NCBI GenBank assembly: GCA_043811535.1
Contig: JBDRNC010000027.1
Span: forward strand, 1-64,000
Direction of reading: 5' to 3'
DNA length: 64,000 nucleotides
DNA from: Elusimicrobiota bacterium
GTDB taxonomy: Bacteria; Elusimicrobiota; Endomicrobiia; Endomicrobiales; JBDRNC01
Positions 20,700-30,846 of the stretch are shown in pieces. The first letter of the stretch is position 1. Every line of letters starts with the position of its first letter. The notes beneath the pieces were generated by a model that saw nothing but the letters and a program-made list of their open reading frames with translations, had not been told where the DNA came from and did no database searches. Position numbers and translations under genes: made by a program.

Positions 20700-22883
20700 C
20701 TAAACAGACCAGTTTTTAAGCTGAAAATCAGGGGTAGGTTTTGGGATAACAACGGATGTATGGCTGGGCCATCTTTCGAGCTCGGAACCGTTCTTTAACA
20801 CAACTATGACAAACTCAAAAATAACGAACTCCGGTTCGATTTGGAGCTTGGAAAGGGGTATAGCAAGCTCGATTATCTTATTGCAGGCGCAGGATGTCAG
20901 GTTTTCATGGCCGAAAGGAGTTTTTAAGATAAACTCGTTGATTTCCCCTTCTTGTTTGAAAGAAAGCAGCGCTTCTCGTCCGGGAGGCAGAAAAAAGAAT
21001 ATCCGGAACGCGAAATCCTGCAAAGCAATTTCGTTCAGAGGGTTGTTAAGGTCAAATCTAAGGTATATATTCTCAAGGTCAAAACCAAAATGAAAGCTTT
21101 TGAGGACCGTCGCGACTTGATGCATGGAACCGCCCGTATGCCCCACCTGATAAGATCCGGCGGCCTGCCATTCGAAATAGTTGGTGACTTTGCCGTCAAT
21201 TTTCGGAGTTATGAAATCAAGCGGCTCGGTTATCGGTTTCTTTACCGCGATTTCCTTGATTGCCTTAAAAAGGTGCAAGGGGGCACTTTCCCCAAGCGAC
21301 TCGTAGATGTTTATGAGGTTCTGCCGGAATAGAAAGTCAAACATCTCATCGTTTCCGGACGAGTGGTCGTCGCCATACCACCAGTTCCAGTCTGAACCTT
21401 CGGCAATGTAGAGTTTTTCCCACGCCGCCTTGATCTTGTCAGAATCCTTTTTATCAGGATGAGCTGATGTATATTCGTCCAGGAATTTGCGCGCGTCAAA
21501 AAGGTAATCCCACGCGAGATTATCTTCGGAATGGCCTATCCAGATTCCGTAATCCGCGTTTATCCATGAACCCGCGAAGAGCTTGGATAATTCGGCGGAA
21601 GGCGGGTTCTTCTCAAGAAAATCGGATATCGTAACGGTTTCAACGGTTTCGTCTTCGCTGAGCGTCTTATAAAGAAGTCTAAGGAAGTCCCAGCCGTCAT
21701 TAGGATAATATTCCCAGCAGTTTTCCCCGTCCAGAATGACGGAAACAAGGAATTGCTGGTTGGGTACGCTGACAAAATCCAGGTGATCACGTATATTGTG
21801 CAGATTCTTCATGAAATCAGCGACGGCGTGTTTAGCATCCCATTTCTGGTAGACAAAGCCGAACGCGTCGGAAAGCCCGTGGTCCCTGAAGATAATATTG
21901 ATATGCGAGCCGTCGGTTTTTACGGAATACGCCTGGTAGAGTATCTGGCGGGTTTTGCGGTATTCGGGAAGCGTACGGAACAGTATCTCTTCGTCGGTGG
22001 CGATCCATTTGATGCCCGCCTGTTCAAAAATAGGCAGGACGTCTTCCGAAACCGAGCCTTCCGCGGGCCACATGCCTCTCGGGGGCCTGCCGAAGCACTG
22101 CGTGTAGTATTCAACGGCCTTCCGCACGTGCGTTTGCGCGTCTTCAGGATGCTTGAACCTGTTTTTAGGAAGCGGCATCTGGGGCGTCGAAACAAGCGTG
22201 TTATTCGTGTCGCTCAGCAGGGGCAGTATGGGATGATAAAAGGGTGTAGTTGAAATCTCTATCTGCCCTTTATCCTGCAGTTCCTTGTATTTTCCCACAA
22301 TCATGCCGCAAATTTCGAGCTGTTTACTGATGAGTTGATGTTTTTCCTCTTCCGTGAAGTTCTTCCCTTTCTCGTAAAGCGATTTGACCAGCGCGTCGCG
22401 TTCTTTCCAGTAAGGGTCCATCCACGCGAGGTTGAACCATACCTGAAGGTCCCGCATATCCTGCGCCTTAAAATAGTTTTGTATCCTTTTAAGTTCTTCC
22501 GGCGAGGTCTGCCTGCCCCGTTTTTCAAGAAGCTGAAGGTATCTCGGGTACGGATGGACCATAGTGTCCCAGTTGGCCATGAAGAAATTGTGCAGTATAA
22601 AGATCCTTTCATCCTGAGAGAGTTCCTCGGCTGACTTAAGCGTCAGGTCCATGAATTTATCGCGCGCAACGCCTTTTGCGTATTCGTCAAGCTGAAAAAG
22701 CAGGGAAGGCACAAGGTTGAAATTAGATTTTATTTTTGGGAATTCATCCAGAATGGCGGCGGTGTCGTAGTAATCCTTGACGGCGTGGAGACGCACCCAC
22801 GGGAGTTCGTAAACGCCCGTACCGGGATTTTTATACATTGGCTGGTGCTGATGCCATAGAAATGCAAGGTGAATTTTTTTCAT
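20700..22883 (-). CDS. glycoside hydrolase family 57 (amylopullulanase-like)
   Basis: WHQHQP, GMWPAEGSVS, ILDGENCWEYY, AEGSDWNWWY. Confidence 0.95.
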   Translation of the reverse strand: MKKIHLAFLWHQHQPMYKNPGTGVYELPWVRLHAVKDYYDTAAILDEFPKIKSNFNLVPSLLFQLDEYAKGVARDKFMDLTLKSAEELSQDERIFILHNFFMANWDTMVHPYPRYLQLLEKRGRQTSPEELKRIQNYFKAQDMRDLQVWFNLAWMDPYWKERDALVKSLYEKGKNFTEEEKHQLISKQLEICGMIVGKYKELQDKGQIEISTTPFYHPILPLLSDTNNTLVSTPQMPLPKNRFKHPEDAQTHVRKAVEYYTQCFGRPPRGMWPAEGSVSEDVLPIFEQAGIKWIATDEEILFRTLPEYRKTRQILYQAYSVKTDGSHINIIFRDHGLSDAFGFVYQKWDAKHAVADFMKNLHNIRDHLDFVSVPNQQFLVSVILDGENCWEYYPNDGWDFLRLLYKTLSEDETVETVTISDFLEKNPPSAELSKLFAGSWINADYGIWIGHSEDNLAWDYLFDARKFLDEYTSAHPDKKDSDKIKAAWEKLYIAEGSDWNWWYGDDHSSGNDEMFDFLFRQNLINIYESLGESAPLHLFKAIKEIAVKKPITEPLDFITPKIDGKVTNYFEWQAAGSYQVGHTGGSMHQVATVLKSFHFGFDLENIYLRFDLNNPLNEIALQDFAFRIFFFLPPGREALLSFKQEGEINEFILKTPFGHENLTSCACNKIIELAIPLSKLQIEPEFVIFEFVIVVLKNGSELERWPSHTSVVIPKPTPDFQLKNWSV

Positions 22884-22891
22884 TTGGGAGT

Positions 22892-24286
22892 TTAGAATTT
22901 TGCGGTCATCTCAAAGGCGTAGCGGTCAACCGGGTCTTGATAGGGCTGCCAGAAATCTTCGGACGCGGGAGGTATATACCGGCCATAGGACAATTTTAAT
23001 GACGCGTATTTATTCAGCGTGAGTTTCGCCGCTAAATCCAGCTCGTTGCCGAGAGAATACCGCCCGCCGAATCTCTGTTCAATCCAGGTTGTATCCTTTC
23101 CCGCGGCGCCGCGCGATGCCGAGAACCAGAAATGGTCCGCGCTGAGGGTCCACATATCCAGAGGCATTACGGAGACTCCCAGATTCAGGGTATTGATGCC
23201 GGAATACTCCGGATTCAGCGCTGCAAAAGAGTCAAAGGGCGTGGCTCCGAACAATTCGCCGTAAACGCCCTTTTTAAAACCGTCCCATCTTTTCGTGTGA
23301 TCCGGCGTAAAAGCAGTTTCTTCGTCTGTCAGAGTTCCTATTGATTCGCTGCCGGAAAACGCGGCGCACAGCGCGCGCGCTTCGATTTTGCCGAGTTTCG
23401 TATTTTCCCGCAGCAGCGTGCCTTTCATAACCATACCGGTCCCGTTGAACATGATAGTGTTGAGGTCCGGTTTTCTCATGAAACCGTTCTGCCTTGCGTA
23501 CTCGAACGAGTAGGAACCGTATTCCAACCGCCTGGAAATCCTTAAATCGTAGAATTGCTTCAATATTGATATAACCGGCACGCTGACCGTGCCGCGGGTG
23601 TACGGGGTATGGGAATAGTCCCTTGAATCGAAATAGCCTATCTCAACTTCATGCCGGCTGATTTCCATTGCCGCCGAACCGCCGAAAATATCATTATCGG
23701 TATCCTCGTGCACGCTTTCCGAGATTTTTGACATGAAAGCCCTGAATTTGGAAGGTAGCTTTATAGAGCCGTATTTAAAGCGCTTACCCGGAGCCCATGA
23801 GACGTACGGTATAGGTATTTGAAGTGAACCGTCGAGTTCAATTACGTTAAAACCTATGCCGTTGTCGGCGATTATCAATCCGTCCCCGAATTCCAGAGGC
23901 ACTTTGCCTACGGTCAGATCCATCTCTGAATCGGCTATGCCGCTGAGCTTGACGTATGCGTTTTCCACGAAAGGCGTAAAATCAGTTCTTGGATAAGGGG
24001 CGTTGAAAAAATTTGTCGCGGCTCCCTGTATCTCCATCGCTGTTATCCTCGAGCCGATCTCAACGCCCGGGCTGAATTTTCCCCCTATGGAAATTCTGAC
24101 GCGTTGTTCGTAATAATTCAGAGTGTCCGAGGATGTCGCGCTGTTATAATCAAGGTTGGAGAAATTGATGCTCTTAAGCCGGTATTCGGTTTCAATGGAA
24201 AGCGAGTCGGCTCCCAACGCAGGCCGCGCCATGCCAGCAGGGAATGCAATCAGTGATAATAGAAGTACCGGAAAAATCCTTTTCAT
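22892..24286 (-). CDS. outer-membrane beta-barrel protein (alginate-export-like), paralog 1
   Basis: Signal peptide, ENAYV..., LGNELDL, C-terminal Phe. Confidence 0.7.
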   Translation of the reverse strand: MKRIFPVLLLSLIAFPAGMARPALGADSLSIETEYRLKSINFSNLDYNSATSSDTLNYYEQRVRISIGGKFSPGVEIGSRITAMEIQGAATNFFNAPYPRTDFTPFVENAYVKLSGIADSEMDLTVGKVPLEFGDGLIIADNGIGFNVIELDGSLQIPIPYVSWAPGKRFKYGSIKLPSKFRAFMSKISESVHEDTDNDIFGGSAAMEISRHEVEIGYFDSRDYSHTPYTRGTVSVPVISILKQFYDLRISRRLEYGSYSFEYARQNGFMRKPDLNTIMFNGTGMVMKGTLLRENTKLGKIEARALCAAFSGSESIGTLTDEETAFTPDHTKRWDGFKKGVYGELFGATPFDSFAALNPEYSGINTLNLGVSVMPLDMWTLSADHFWFSASRGAAGKDTTWIEQRFGGRYSLGNELDLAAKLTLNKYASLKLSYGRYIPPASEDFWQPYQDPVDRYAFEMTAKF

Positions 24287-24421
24287 TTGTTAAATCTCCG
24301 TCGGGTAAATTCTATGTAGAATATACAAAATAATACGTGCTTTGTAAATGGAGACCGTTGGAAAAATCCTTAACAGTCTTGTAATCGTTCTTTTTAATCT
24401 GTGTAATCGTAGTTAACAAAC

Positions 24422-25792
24422 TTAAAACCTGGATAATACCTCCAGGGCATAACGGTCTAGAGGGTCGAGTTTCGGCCAATAAATGAGAAAAGAAGGAGGC
24501 GTGTAGCGGTCATACGAGAATTTCATTTCGGTGTATTTATTGAGAACAAGCTTGGCGCTGAGGTCCATTTCTATGCCGAGAGAATACTCAGCGCCGAAAA
24601 TCCTTTCAAATCCGGAAGCCGGCGGGCCGCCGTTCGGTCCCATTGAAGCCGAATAAAGATAGTAATTCACGCCGAACGTCCAGGCGTAAAGCGGCGAGAA
24701 GTCCGCTCCCAGGCTTAAAGTGTTTACGCCTGAATACTGGCCGGGTATGCCCTTGAACGATCCCTGCGGCGTGGCGCCGAACAGCTCGCCGTATCCCCCC
24801 TGTTCGAACCCATCCCACCTTTTCGTCTGTGACGGAGAGAACGATTCATCAGCGTCATCAAGCGAAGTTACATTGTCGTCGCCGCTGTTTATGGCGAAAA
24901 AGGCTTTCGCCTCGACTCTGCCGAGTCTCGTGTTATCACCAATAAGTTTTCCGGCCATTTTGTAGGCCATGCCGTCAAGTTTGACATTAACCATGTCGTC
25001 TTTTATGATCTGCCCGTTCTGCTTGATCAATTCAAACGAGTATTCGGCCTGCTTTTCGTATGTGCCTAACTTGAAATCATAGTATTGTTTCAGTATAGAC
25101 CTTGTGGGGCTCGACAGTACGCCCTGCGTGTATTCCGTTCCAGTGTAGTCGCGTTCTTCAAAAAATCCGAAATCAAAAAGCGAACCCTTTTTCAGGTCGA
25201 TCTGCCCGGTGCCCCCGTATAAATTTATCTTGTTGTTCGCCTCCGGACGGATGTAATTGGGCACTCTGGCGGTGAAAATCTCTCCCTTGAACGGGATATC
25301 TTTGCGAAGTAAAGGTACCGGAATCACGTAGGACCCGGAAAGCTTCAGCGCGTTGAAACCCATGCCGTTGTCCGAGATGATAAGCCCGTCGGCGTATTCC
25401 ATCGGGATCTTGCCCGCGGTAAGGTCAAGGCCAGAATCTGCGATGTTTAGCATCCGGACATAGGCGTTCTCAATATATGGAATAAAATTGGTGAGCGGAT
25501 ACGGCGCGTTGAAATAATTCGTTGTGGTTCCGACAAATCCGATTGCCGTGATCTTGGATCCGATTTCAACATTAGCGCCGAATTTGCCCTTTATCGATAT
25601 CTGAAGCCGCTGGTCGTAAAAATTCAAAGCGTCGGTTGAAGTGGTTTTATCGTAATCAAGGTTGGAGTAATTAATGCCTCTTAGCCGGTAGTCGGTGTCC
25701 ACTGTCAGAGAATCGCCAAATAAGCGGGAAGACGGAAGAAGGAAGATGGAAGCCGAAAAAACGACCATTAAAACCTTATAATAAAAACGCAT
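24422..25792 (-). CDS. outer-membrane beta-barrel protein (alginate-export-like), paralog 2
   Basis: Colinear similarity to the 22892-24286 protein; C-terminal Phe. Confidence 0.7.
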   Translation of the reverse strand: MRFYYKVLMVVFSASIFLLPSSRLFGDSLTVDTDYRLRGINYSNLDYDKTTSTDALNFYDQRLQISIKGKFGANVEIGSKITAIGFVGTTTNYFNAPYPLTNFIPYIENAYVRMLNIADSGLDLTAGKIPMEYADGLIISDNGMGFNALKLSGSYVIPVPLLRKDIPFKGEIFTARVPNYIRPEANNKINLYGGTGQIDLKKGSLFDFGFFEERDYTGTEYTQGVLSSPTRSILKQYYDFKLGTYEKQAEYSFELIKQNGQIIKDDMVNVKLDGMAYKMAGKLIGDNTRLGRVEAKAFFAINSGDDNVTSLDDADESFSPSQTKRWDGFEQGGYGELFGATPQGSFKGIPGQYSGVNTLSLGADFSPLYAWTFGVNYYLYSASMGPNGGPPASGFERIFGAEYSLGIEMDLSAKLVLNKYTEMKFSYDRYTPPSFLIYWPKLDPLDRYALEVLSRF

Positions 25793-25856
25793 GGTTATCT
25801 TTGAATTTCCGACGTGAAAGACCCAATAAATATACTAAATATAAGAGGGTTTGTCC

Positions 25857-25912
25857 ACCCCGTTAGAGGCAAAACGCCCTTGCAGTATATTGTATGCCTC
25901 TAACGGGGTAAA
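25857..25912. mobile_element. short MITE-like palindrome ACCCCGTTAGA...TCTAACGGGGTAAA
   Basis: Perfect terminal inverted repeat; same ends as the hflX insertion. Confidence 0.6.
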
Positions 25913-25920
25913 GGAGGAAG

Positions 25921-26138
25921 ACTGCTGATGGCCAAATTGCTGAACGGCCAAACGGTCGAAATAAGTTCAGAAGAAGTTAGCCATATAGCCATTTAGCAAT
26001 TTAGCCATTTAGCATGGTAGAAAGGGACTTAAGTCCCTTAACTACATTAATTATATAAATATCTAAGACGGGTTGCGGCACTTAAGTGCTGCCTATGTTT
26101 TTACAGCCATTTAACAATTTAGCAATTTAACCATTTAG
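25921..26138. repeat. 8-mer GCCATTTA/GCAATTTA arrays with internal CTTAAG-centred palindromes
   Basis: Tandem degenerate 8-mers; AGGGACTTAAGTCCCT and GCACTTAAGTGC palindromes. Confidence 0.7.
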
Positions 26139-26141
26139 GTG

Positions 26142-27989
26142 TTAGTTCACCTTTTTCCCCTCGTTCAGTTCCTGCCTTACCTTCTCAAGCGCCTGTTTCG
26201 CCTTTTCGTGCGCCGGGTTGAACCTTAGGGCGATCTCCCACATTTTGGCCGCGATTGAGAGCTTGCCCTGCGCGTAAAGGATCAGCCCCTGGTCATATTT
26301 CTTGTCAGCGGCTTTAAAGTCAATCTCCTTTTCTCTTTCGGTATCTTGCAGGGTGTCCTGGTTTTGCAGGACTGATTTTGAAAGCCCGTCAACCGAGTTT
26401 TTAATGTACGTGTCGGCTTTTGACATCCATTCAACAGAGCTTCTCAGTTTTTTCAGCTCGCAGGTTTTCTTCGCTTTTTCCATTTTCCTGATGCATTGCA
26501 CCCATTTTCCGTTTTCGTAGTGTTTCACGCCTTGTTCGAATATCGCGGAAACATTTTCTTCTGATTCCTTTTCTTTTAAGCGGGCCTCGGCGTCCGAAAG
26601 CAGTGTCTTTGTTTTCAATATGTATTCCGCGATTTCCGCCCTGTTAGGGTCAATGGCGGACACTTTTTCCCATTGGTTTAGGGCGTCTCCCATGTTGTTT
26701 TTATAGTAGCTGAAATAGCCCTTTGCGTAAGCTATTTCTTCAAAATCGGGTTCATTCGCGTTTTTGGCGGTTTCCGCCATCAATTCTGAGACGGCATTGT
26801 GGAGTTTCACAGCCGGCTCGTATTCAGGATGAACCAGTATGAGTTCTTTCAGACGGTCTGTGGCCTTCAGATATTTTTTCCCTTTGATATCTTTTTTGAT
26901 TCCTTTCATTTCCGGAGAAAGCATTGTTTCAAGCGCCTGTCTTTCCTTGCGGTCATCTTCCTGTTTCAGCAGGGCTTCTTTTAGCAGCGTATTACCTTCG
27001 GGGACCCGGATATTCTGTGTTTCGTTCAGCGCGTTGCCCGAAGTATGCCTTCCGAAGGAATATGTAAAGCCCATCCTGTGAAAAAGCGAGAACGCCGAAA
27101 TATCGGCCGCATAATCCACGCGCCAGTTGACGCGGGTCCTAAAGCCCAGTCCGGCCGTAATGTGATCGGCATAAATCCCGGCGCGCAGGAAATATGTGTT
27201 CAAAGCCCGGTACTCCGCGCCGCATCTGATATACTTCCTGTTTTCTTCATTCACGAAGCTTGCAAGAAGCGCCAGATTGTCAAAGTAAAGGTTTTTCATG
27301 CCAGGTTTGTAAATGAATGTTAACGGCACGGAAAAGGCAGTTTCTATGAGATAGATTCTTTCGTAACGCTCTTCTTCCGAAATTAATCTGAAGGAGGGCT
27401 GTATCAGGTTTTGGACGGCGGCGCCTACGGATATTTTACTTTCCTTCCCGAAAACATTCGGCCCCGAGAAATCCCCGGAAAGCCCGAAATCCGCCGCCGC
27501 GCTCTTTCCTGAATAACCGTATAAACCTAAATGAAGATATTTAATGTTTATGCCCGCGTTCAAACCATAGAACTTCTCAATATGCATGGCAAATGAGCCG
27601 ATGAACGCTGTCTGACCCGCGAAAGCGGTTTCCGGCGCGTCGTTAAGGTGTTTTCTTATTTCAATCCCGCCGCTGCGCAGGTTTACGACTGACAGGCCGG
27701 CGGCGCAGTTATTGCCAAGCAGCAAGCCGGCCCCCGCGTAATTGTAAATGCTTCCTTCGAAAAGCATGAAATGCGCCAGATTTATGTTGTTTTGCTCCAT
27801 TTCCGCAAGGTGCGCCGGATTGTAAAAAGAAGCCGAGACATCCGCGTCGCCGGCAAATACGGTCTCGCCGCGGCCGAACGCCGCGGCCGACGGCCCGTGA
27901 GAAAGAAAATTCGCGCGATAACCGGCATACGAGCTGGAATAACAAATGACGAGAAAATAAACGACGGACTTAAATCGTTTTAACTTCAT
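26142..27989 (-). CDS. PorV/PorQ-family barrel protein fused to TPR repeats
   Basis: FL..GPSAAAFGRG...FYNPA motif, GAEY...FLRAG, and C-terminal TPRs. Confidence 0.75.
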   Translation of the reverse strand: MKLKRFKSVVYFLVICYSSSYAGYRANFLSHGPSAAAFGRGETVFAGDADVSASFYNPAHLAEMEQNNINLAHFMLFEGSIYNYAGAGLLLGNNCAAGLSVVNLRSGGIEIRKHLNDAPETAFAGQTAFIGSFAMHIEKFYGLNAGINIKYLHLGLYGYSGKSAAADFGLSGDFSGPNVFGKESKISVGAAVQNLIQPSFRLISEEERYERIYLIETAFSVPLTFIYKPGMKNLYFDNLALLASFVNEENRKYIRCGAEYRALNTYFLRAGIYADHITAGLGFRTRVNWRVDYAADISAFSLFHRMGFTYSFGRHTSGNALNETQNIRVPEGNTLLKEALLKQEDDRKERQALETMLSPEMKGIKKDIKGKKYLKATDRLKELILVHPEYEPAVKLHNAVSELMAETAKNANEPDFEEIAYAKGYFSYYKNNMGDALNQWEKVSAIDPNRAEIAEYILKTKTLLSDAEARLKEKESEENVSAIFEQGVKHYENGKWVQCIRKMEKAKKTCELKKLRSSVEWMSKADTYIKNSVDGLSKSVLQNQDTLQDTEREKEIDFKAADKKYDQGLILYAQGKLSIAAKMWEIALRFNPAHEKAKQALEKVRQELNEGKKVN

Positions 27990-28008
27990 GTTTCCCCCAA
28001 TGCAATAC

Positions 28009-28481
28009 AAATACTAAACACTAAAAACTAAATACTAAATAAATCAAAAACTCAAATATTTAATACACAATAACAACAAGACTACCTACATTTTTCCACT
28101 ATAGACCCAAATATCTTAGTTAATTCAAGAGCTTCTTGATATAATTCCTGTTTTTTGAACTCTTGTTCCTGCAAAGGATCGCTTAATGCAAGCCAATATC
28201 TAGTCTCTTTTGCCTCTTTCCTGCAAATCTTGATTCTCATTACGAAGTCTTTTCTGCTCAATCGTTCTTCAGCTTCGATGAAATTGGCGCCTACTGAACA
28301 AGCCGATCTTGCAAGTTGCTTGCTGATTTCATTATTTGTAAGAGTTTTTGGTAATTCCTTAACATATGCAATCGCGTTACCGGCAAATCTTAATGTTCTT
28401 GGTCCTAAATCGTATTTCTTGGAATTTTGAGTATTATTCATTTGTGTTTATTTAGTTTTTAGTGTTTAGAACTTAGTGTTT
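28009..28481. mobile_element. four-helix-bundle cassette in inverted 7-mer ACTAAA(T/C) arrays (family A)
   Basis: Left array 28009-28057 and inverted right array 28440-28481 around the gene. Confidence 0.65.
28082..28441 (-). CDS. four helix bundle protein (23S rRNA IVP-like family)
   Basis: QLARSACSVGANFIEA...KDF...ICRKEAKETRYWL. Confidence 0.93.
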   Translation of the reverse strand: MNNTQNSKKYDLGPRTLRFAGNAIAYVKELPKTLTNNEISKQLARSACSVGANFIEAEERLSRKDFVMRIKICRKEAKETRYWLALSDPLQEQEFKKQELYQEALELTKIFGSIVEKCR

Positions 28482-30846
28482 ATTTTATTACCAGTATCCT
28501 GCAACTGTCCCTTGATTCCCTTCCCCCGTATTTTTTGACTATTATGCAGCAGTACGTGCCGTTGTAAAGCGCTTCGCCGGCATTGTCTTTTCCGTCGTAA
28601 GCGACCTCATTTGACCCTTTAGGCAGGCCGTAAAAGGCGCCGCGCCAGCATAGGTCGCCGAACTCGCTCAGGATGTTTATTTCAGCGCTTCCTGTTTCCG
28701 GCATGTCAAAAACAATGGATGTTGAATTCTTTCCGGGACTGAACGGGTTCGGGTAATTGAAGGCCTTCTCTACTTTCGCCAGGGTTTTAAAACTGTATAC
28801 CTGGCTTTTGCAGCCGACGCCGAATTCGTCCACCGCTTCTACCTGCCAGAAATATTCCCTCCCGCAATCCAGCTCGTTGATTTCGCACGAGTCAGCTTCG
28901 CCTTCATAGATAAGTTTCATGGATGAGGCATCAGTTCCCATGTATAATCTGTATGTGAGCCTGCCTCCGTCCTGGTCGGTTCCGCTCCAGTTCAATACGA
29001 CCTTTCCCGAAGAAACCGTAGAGTTCCCGGGTATCCCCCTGTTTTCGGGGTTTTCCGGCCGTCTTGTAACCGCGAATGAGCTAAGTTCAAGCGAATATTC
29101 TTCGGAAAACTGCGCGTTCATTACCGAGTACCTGTATAAATATATCCCCACGGGAAGTTCGAGCGTTTTTTCGTAGAGCCATCCGGTCCCTTGCGCGCCT
29201 TTCAGGTCAAGTGTTTCGGTTAACTGAGAAGCGCTCCCTTTAAGCCAATAGGTGAGCTTAGGATATCCCGCGGAAGGCATGGAGTCATAGTAATCGTAAT
29301 ACACGAGCCTGAAACAGGGAGTTTGTTCTTCGTAAACGCTGACAAAGTATCTGTCATGGCACCATTCAAGTATCGGCAGAGGGCTGTTAGTGACGTCGGG
29401 CGCGGTTATCTCGCCTGATACCCCCTGCGCCCCGAAAGTATCGATAGCCGCGAAATAATAGGAATAATCCAGACCGATGAAAAGGGTTGTCGAAGAAAAA
29501 TAGATTTTCCCGTCGGAGAAGCAGTTATCCGACAAATCGTTTTCGGTCATGATAAACGGGCTCCCGGGCATCTCAGCGCCGCCTTTTTTAATATGAAGTT
29601 CAGGATATCCGGGTTTCGGAGGATCGTTTTCCGGGTCGGAGTATTTTACGCGATAGATAAATACCGTGTTTGTCGAGCCGAGAATGAAGTTTACTCCGCT
29701 TGATTCATATCCCGCTTCGCCTGTGTATGAAAGCGCCGGCGCCGAATTATCCCTTGAAAAATCCTGGTCTGATTGATGCGTTTGAAGGTTGGTATAAACG
29801 CGGACAGCCGGATTGAAGCTGTAATAAGCGTAACTTGAAGGCGTTACGGCGTAGTTCCCGCCGAACGTGACGCCTGCGAATTCATAATACCCCAAAGCGT
29901 TCGTATGGGTTATGCGGTTTTCCGTCCCCGTAAGTTCCACTTTGACGCCCTGCAAGGTGCTGCCTGAGGGGCCCCTGACATAGCCCTTGATGTCGGGCTG
30001 TATCACGACCGGCCCGGAAAGAGTTGAAGTGTTGTTTGCTGAAAGCCAGCCGTCAGTTGCTTCAAGGTAATATGTGTAGTCAGCGCCTGCCGCAAGTGTT
30101 CTTGAATATGAATAGAATTTTCCGTCGGAAAATACCATATCGGCAGGATCTGTTTCGCTCATCGCGAAAGGACTGCCGGATATCTCAGCGCCGCTTTTCA
30201 TAATACGGACTTTCGGGTATCCAGCGGCAGGCGCGTCGTTATCGCCGTCAGCGTAGTTGACACGCCACGTAAAAACCTGCGAGGCCATGCCGCCTTCGGG
30301 ATTTAACCCGTCGGCCTCATATCCTGACTCACCCGTCCAGTTGAGAACCGGCTTTTTATCGGCTTCGAGCAGAATGTCGTCAAACCAGGTATTGTCAATT
30401 CCGTTCAACATGTCGCAGTATACGCGGATTTTGGCGGAAGCAACGGGAATGATGACGGGACCCCTGTAGTACCAATTATAGCTGCCCGGGCCATTGTTGG
30501 CGTAAACATCGTTCCAGGAAGAGGTATAACAAGATATTTTAGTAATTGTCGCACCGCTTGTTTTCCTCTCGTAAAACGACAATCTCGCGGCATCAAAAGC
30601 GGAAACGCTGATGTCCCTAGTCATTGACGGGTAAGGATTGCTGTCTTTCCTGACTGTTACGATTGAATAAGGAGTTGTCTGGAAGGAAGAAGTGTCCCTG
30701 GCGAAAGAAGAAACGGTGATTGACCAGTTAAGCGGGAAATTATCGCCCGATTCGTTGAATATGACGGTTCCCGCGGCGGATAGGCTGGCTGGCAAGACAG
30801 CAGAAAGGAATAGTAGCAACAGAACTGCAGATTGTATGACCCCCAT
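28480..30846 (-). CDS. secreted multidomain protein with duplicated beta domain, Fn3-like domain and C-terminal FlgD/T9SS-CTD-like domain
   Basis: Signal peptide; twice WTGE.GYE...GYP...GSPF.M...FSDGK; YFWQVEA; AFNYPNPFSP...YDGK..G..L.NG.Y. Confidence 0.75.
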   Translation of the reverse strand: MGVIQSAVLLLLFLSAVLPASLSAAGTVIFNESGDNFPLNWSITVSSFARDTSSFQTTPYSIVTVRKDSNPYPSMTRDISVSAFDAARLSFYERKTSGATITKISCYTSSWNDVYANNGPGSYNWYYRGPVIIPVASAKIRVYCDMLNGIDNTWFDDILLEADKKPVLNWTGESGYEADGLNPEGGMASQVFTWRVNYADGDNDAPAAGYPKVRIMKSGAEISGSPFAMSETDPADMVFSDGKFYSYSRTLAAGADYTYYLEATDGWLSANNTSTLSGPVVIQPDIKGYVRGPSGSTLQGVKVELTGTENRITHTNALGYYEFAGVTFGGNYAVTPSSYAYYSFNPAVRVYTNLQTHQSDQDFSRDNSAPALSYTGEAGYESSGVNFILGSTNTVFIYRVKYSDPENDPPKPGYPELHIKKGGAEMPGSPFIMTENDLSDNCFSDGKIYFSSTTLFIGLDYSYYFAAIDTFGAQGVSGEITAPDVTNSPLPILEWCHDRYFVSVYEEQTPCFRLVYYDYYDSMPSAGYPKLTYWLKGSASQLTETLDLKGAQGTGWLYEKTLELPVGIYLYRYSVMNAQFSEEYSLELSSFAVTRRPENPENRGIPGNSTVSSGKVVLNWSGTDQDGGRLTYRLYMGTDASSMKLIYEGEADSCEINELDCGREYFWQVEAVDEFGVGCKSQVYSFKTLAKVEKAFNYPNPFSPGKNSTSIVFDMPETGSAEINILSEFGDLCWRGAFYGLPKGSNEVAYDGKDNAGEALYNGTYCCIIVKKYGGRESRDSCRILVIK

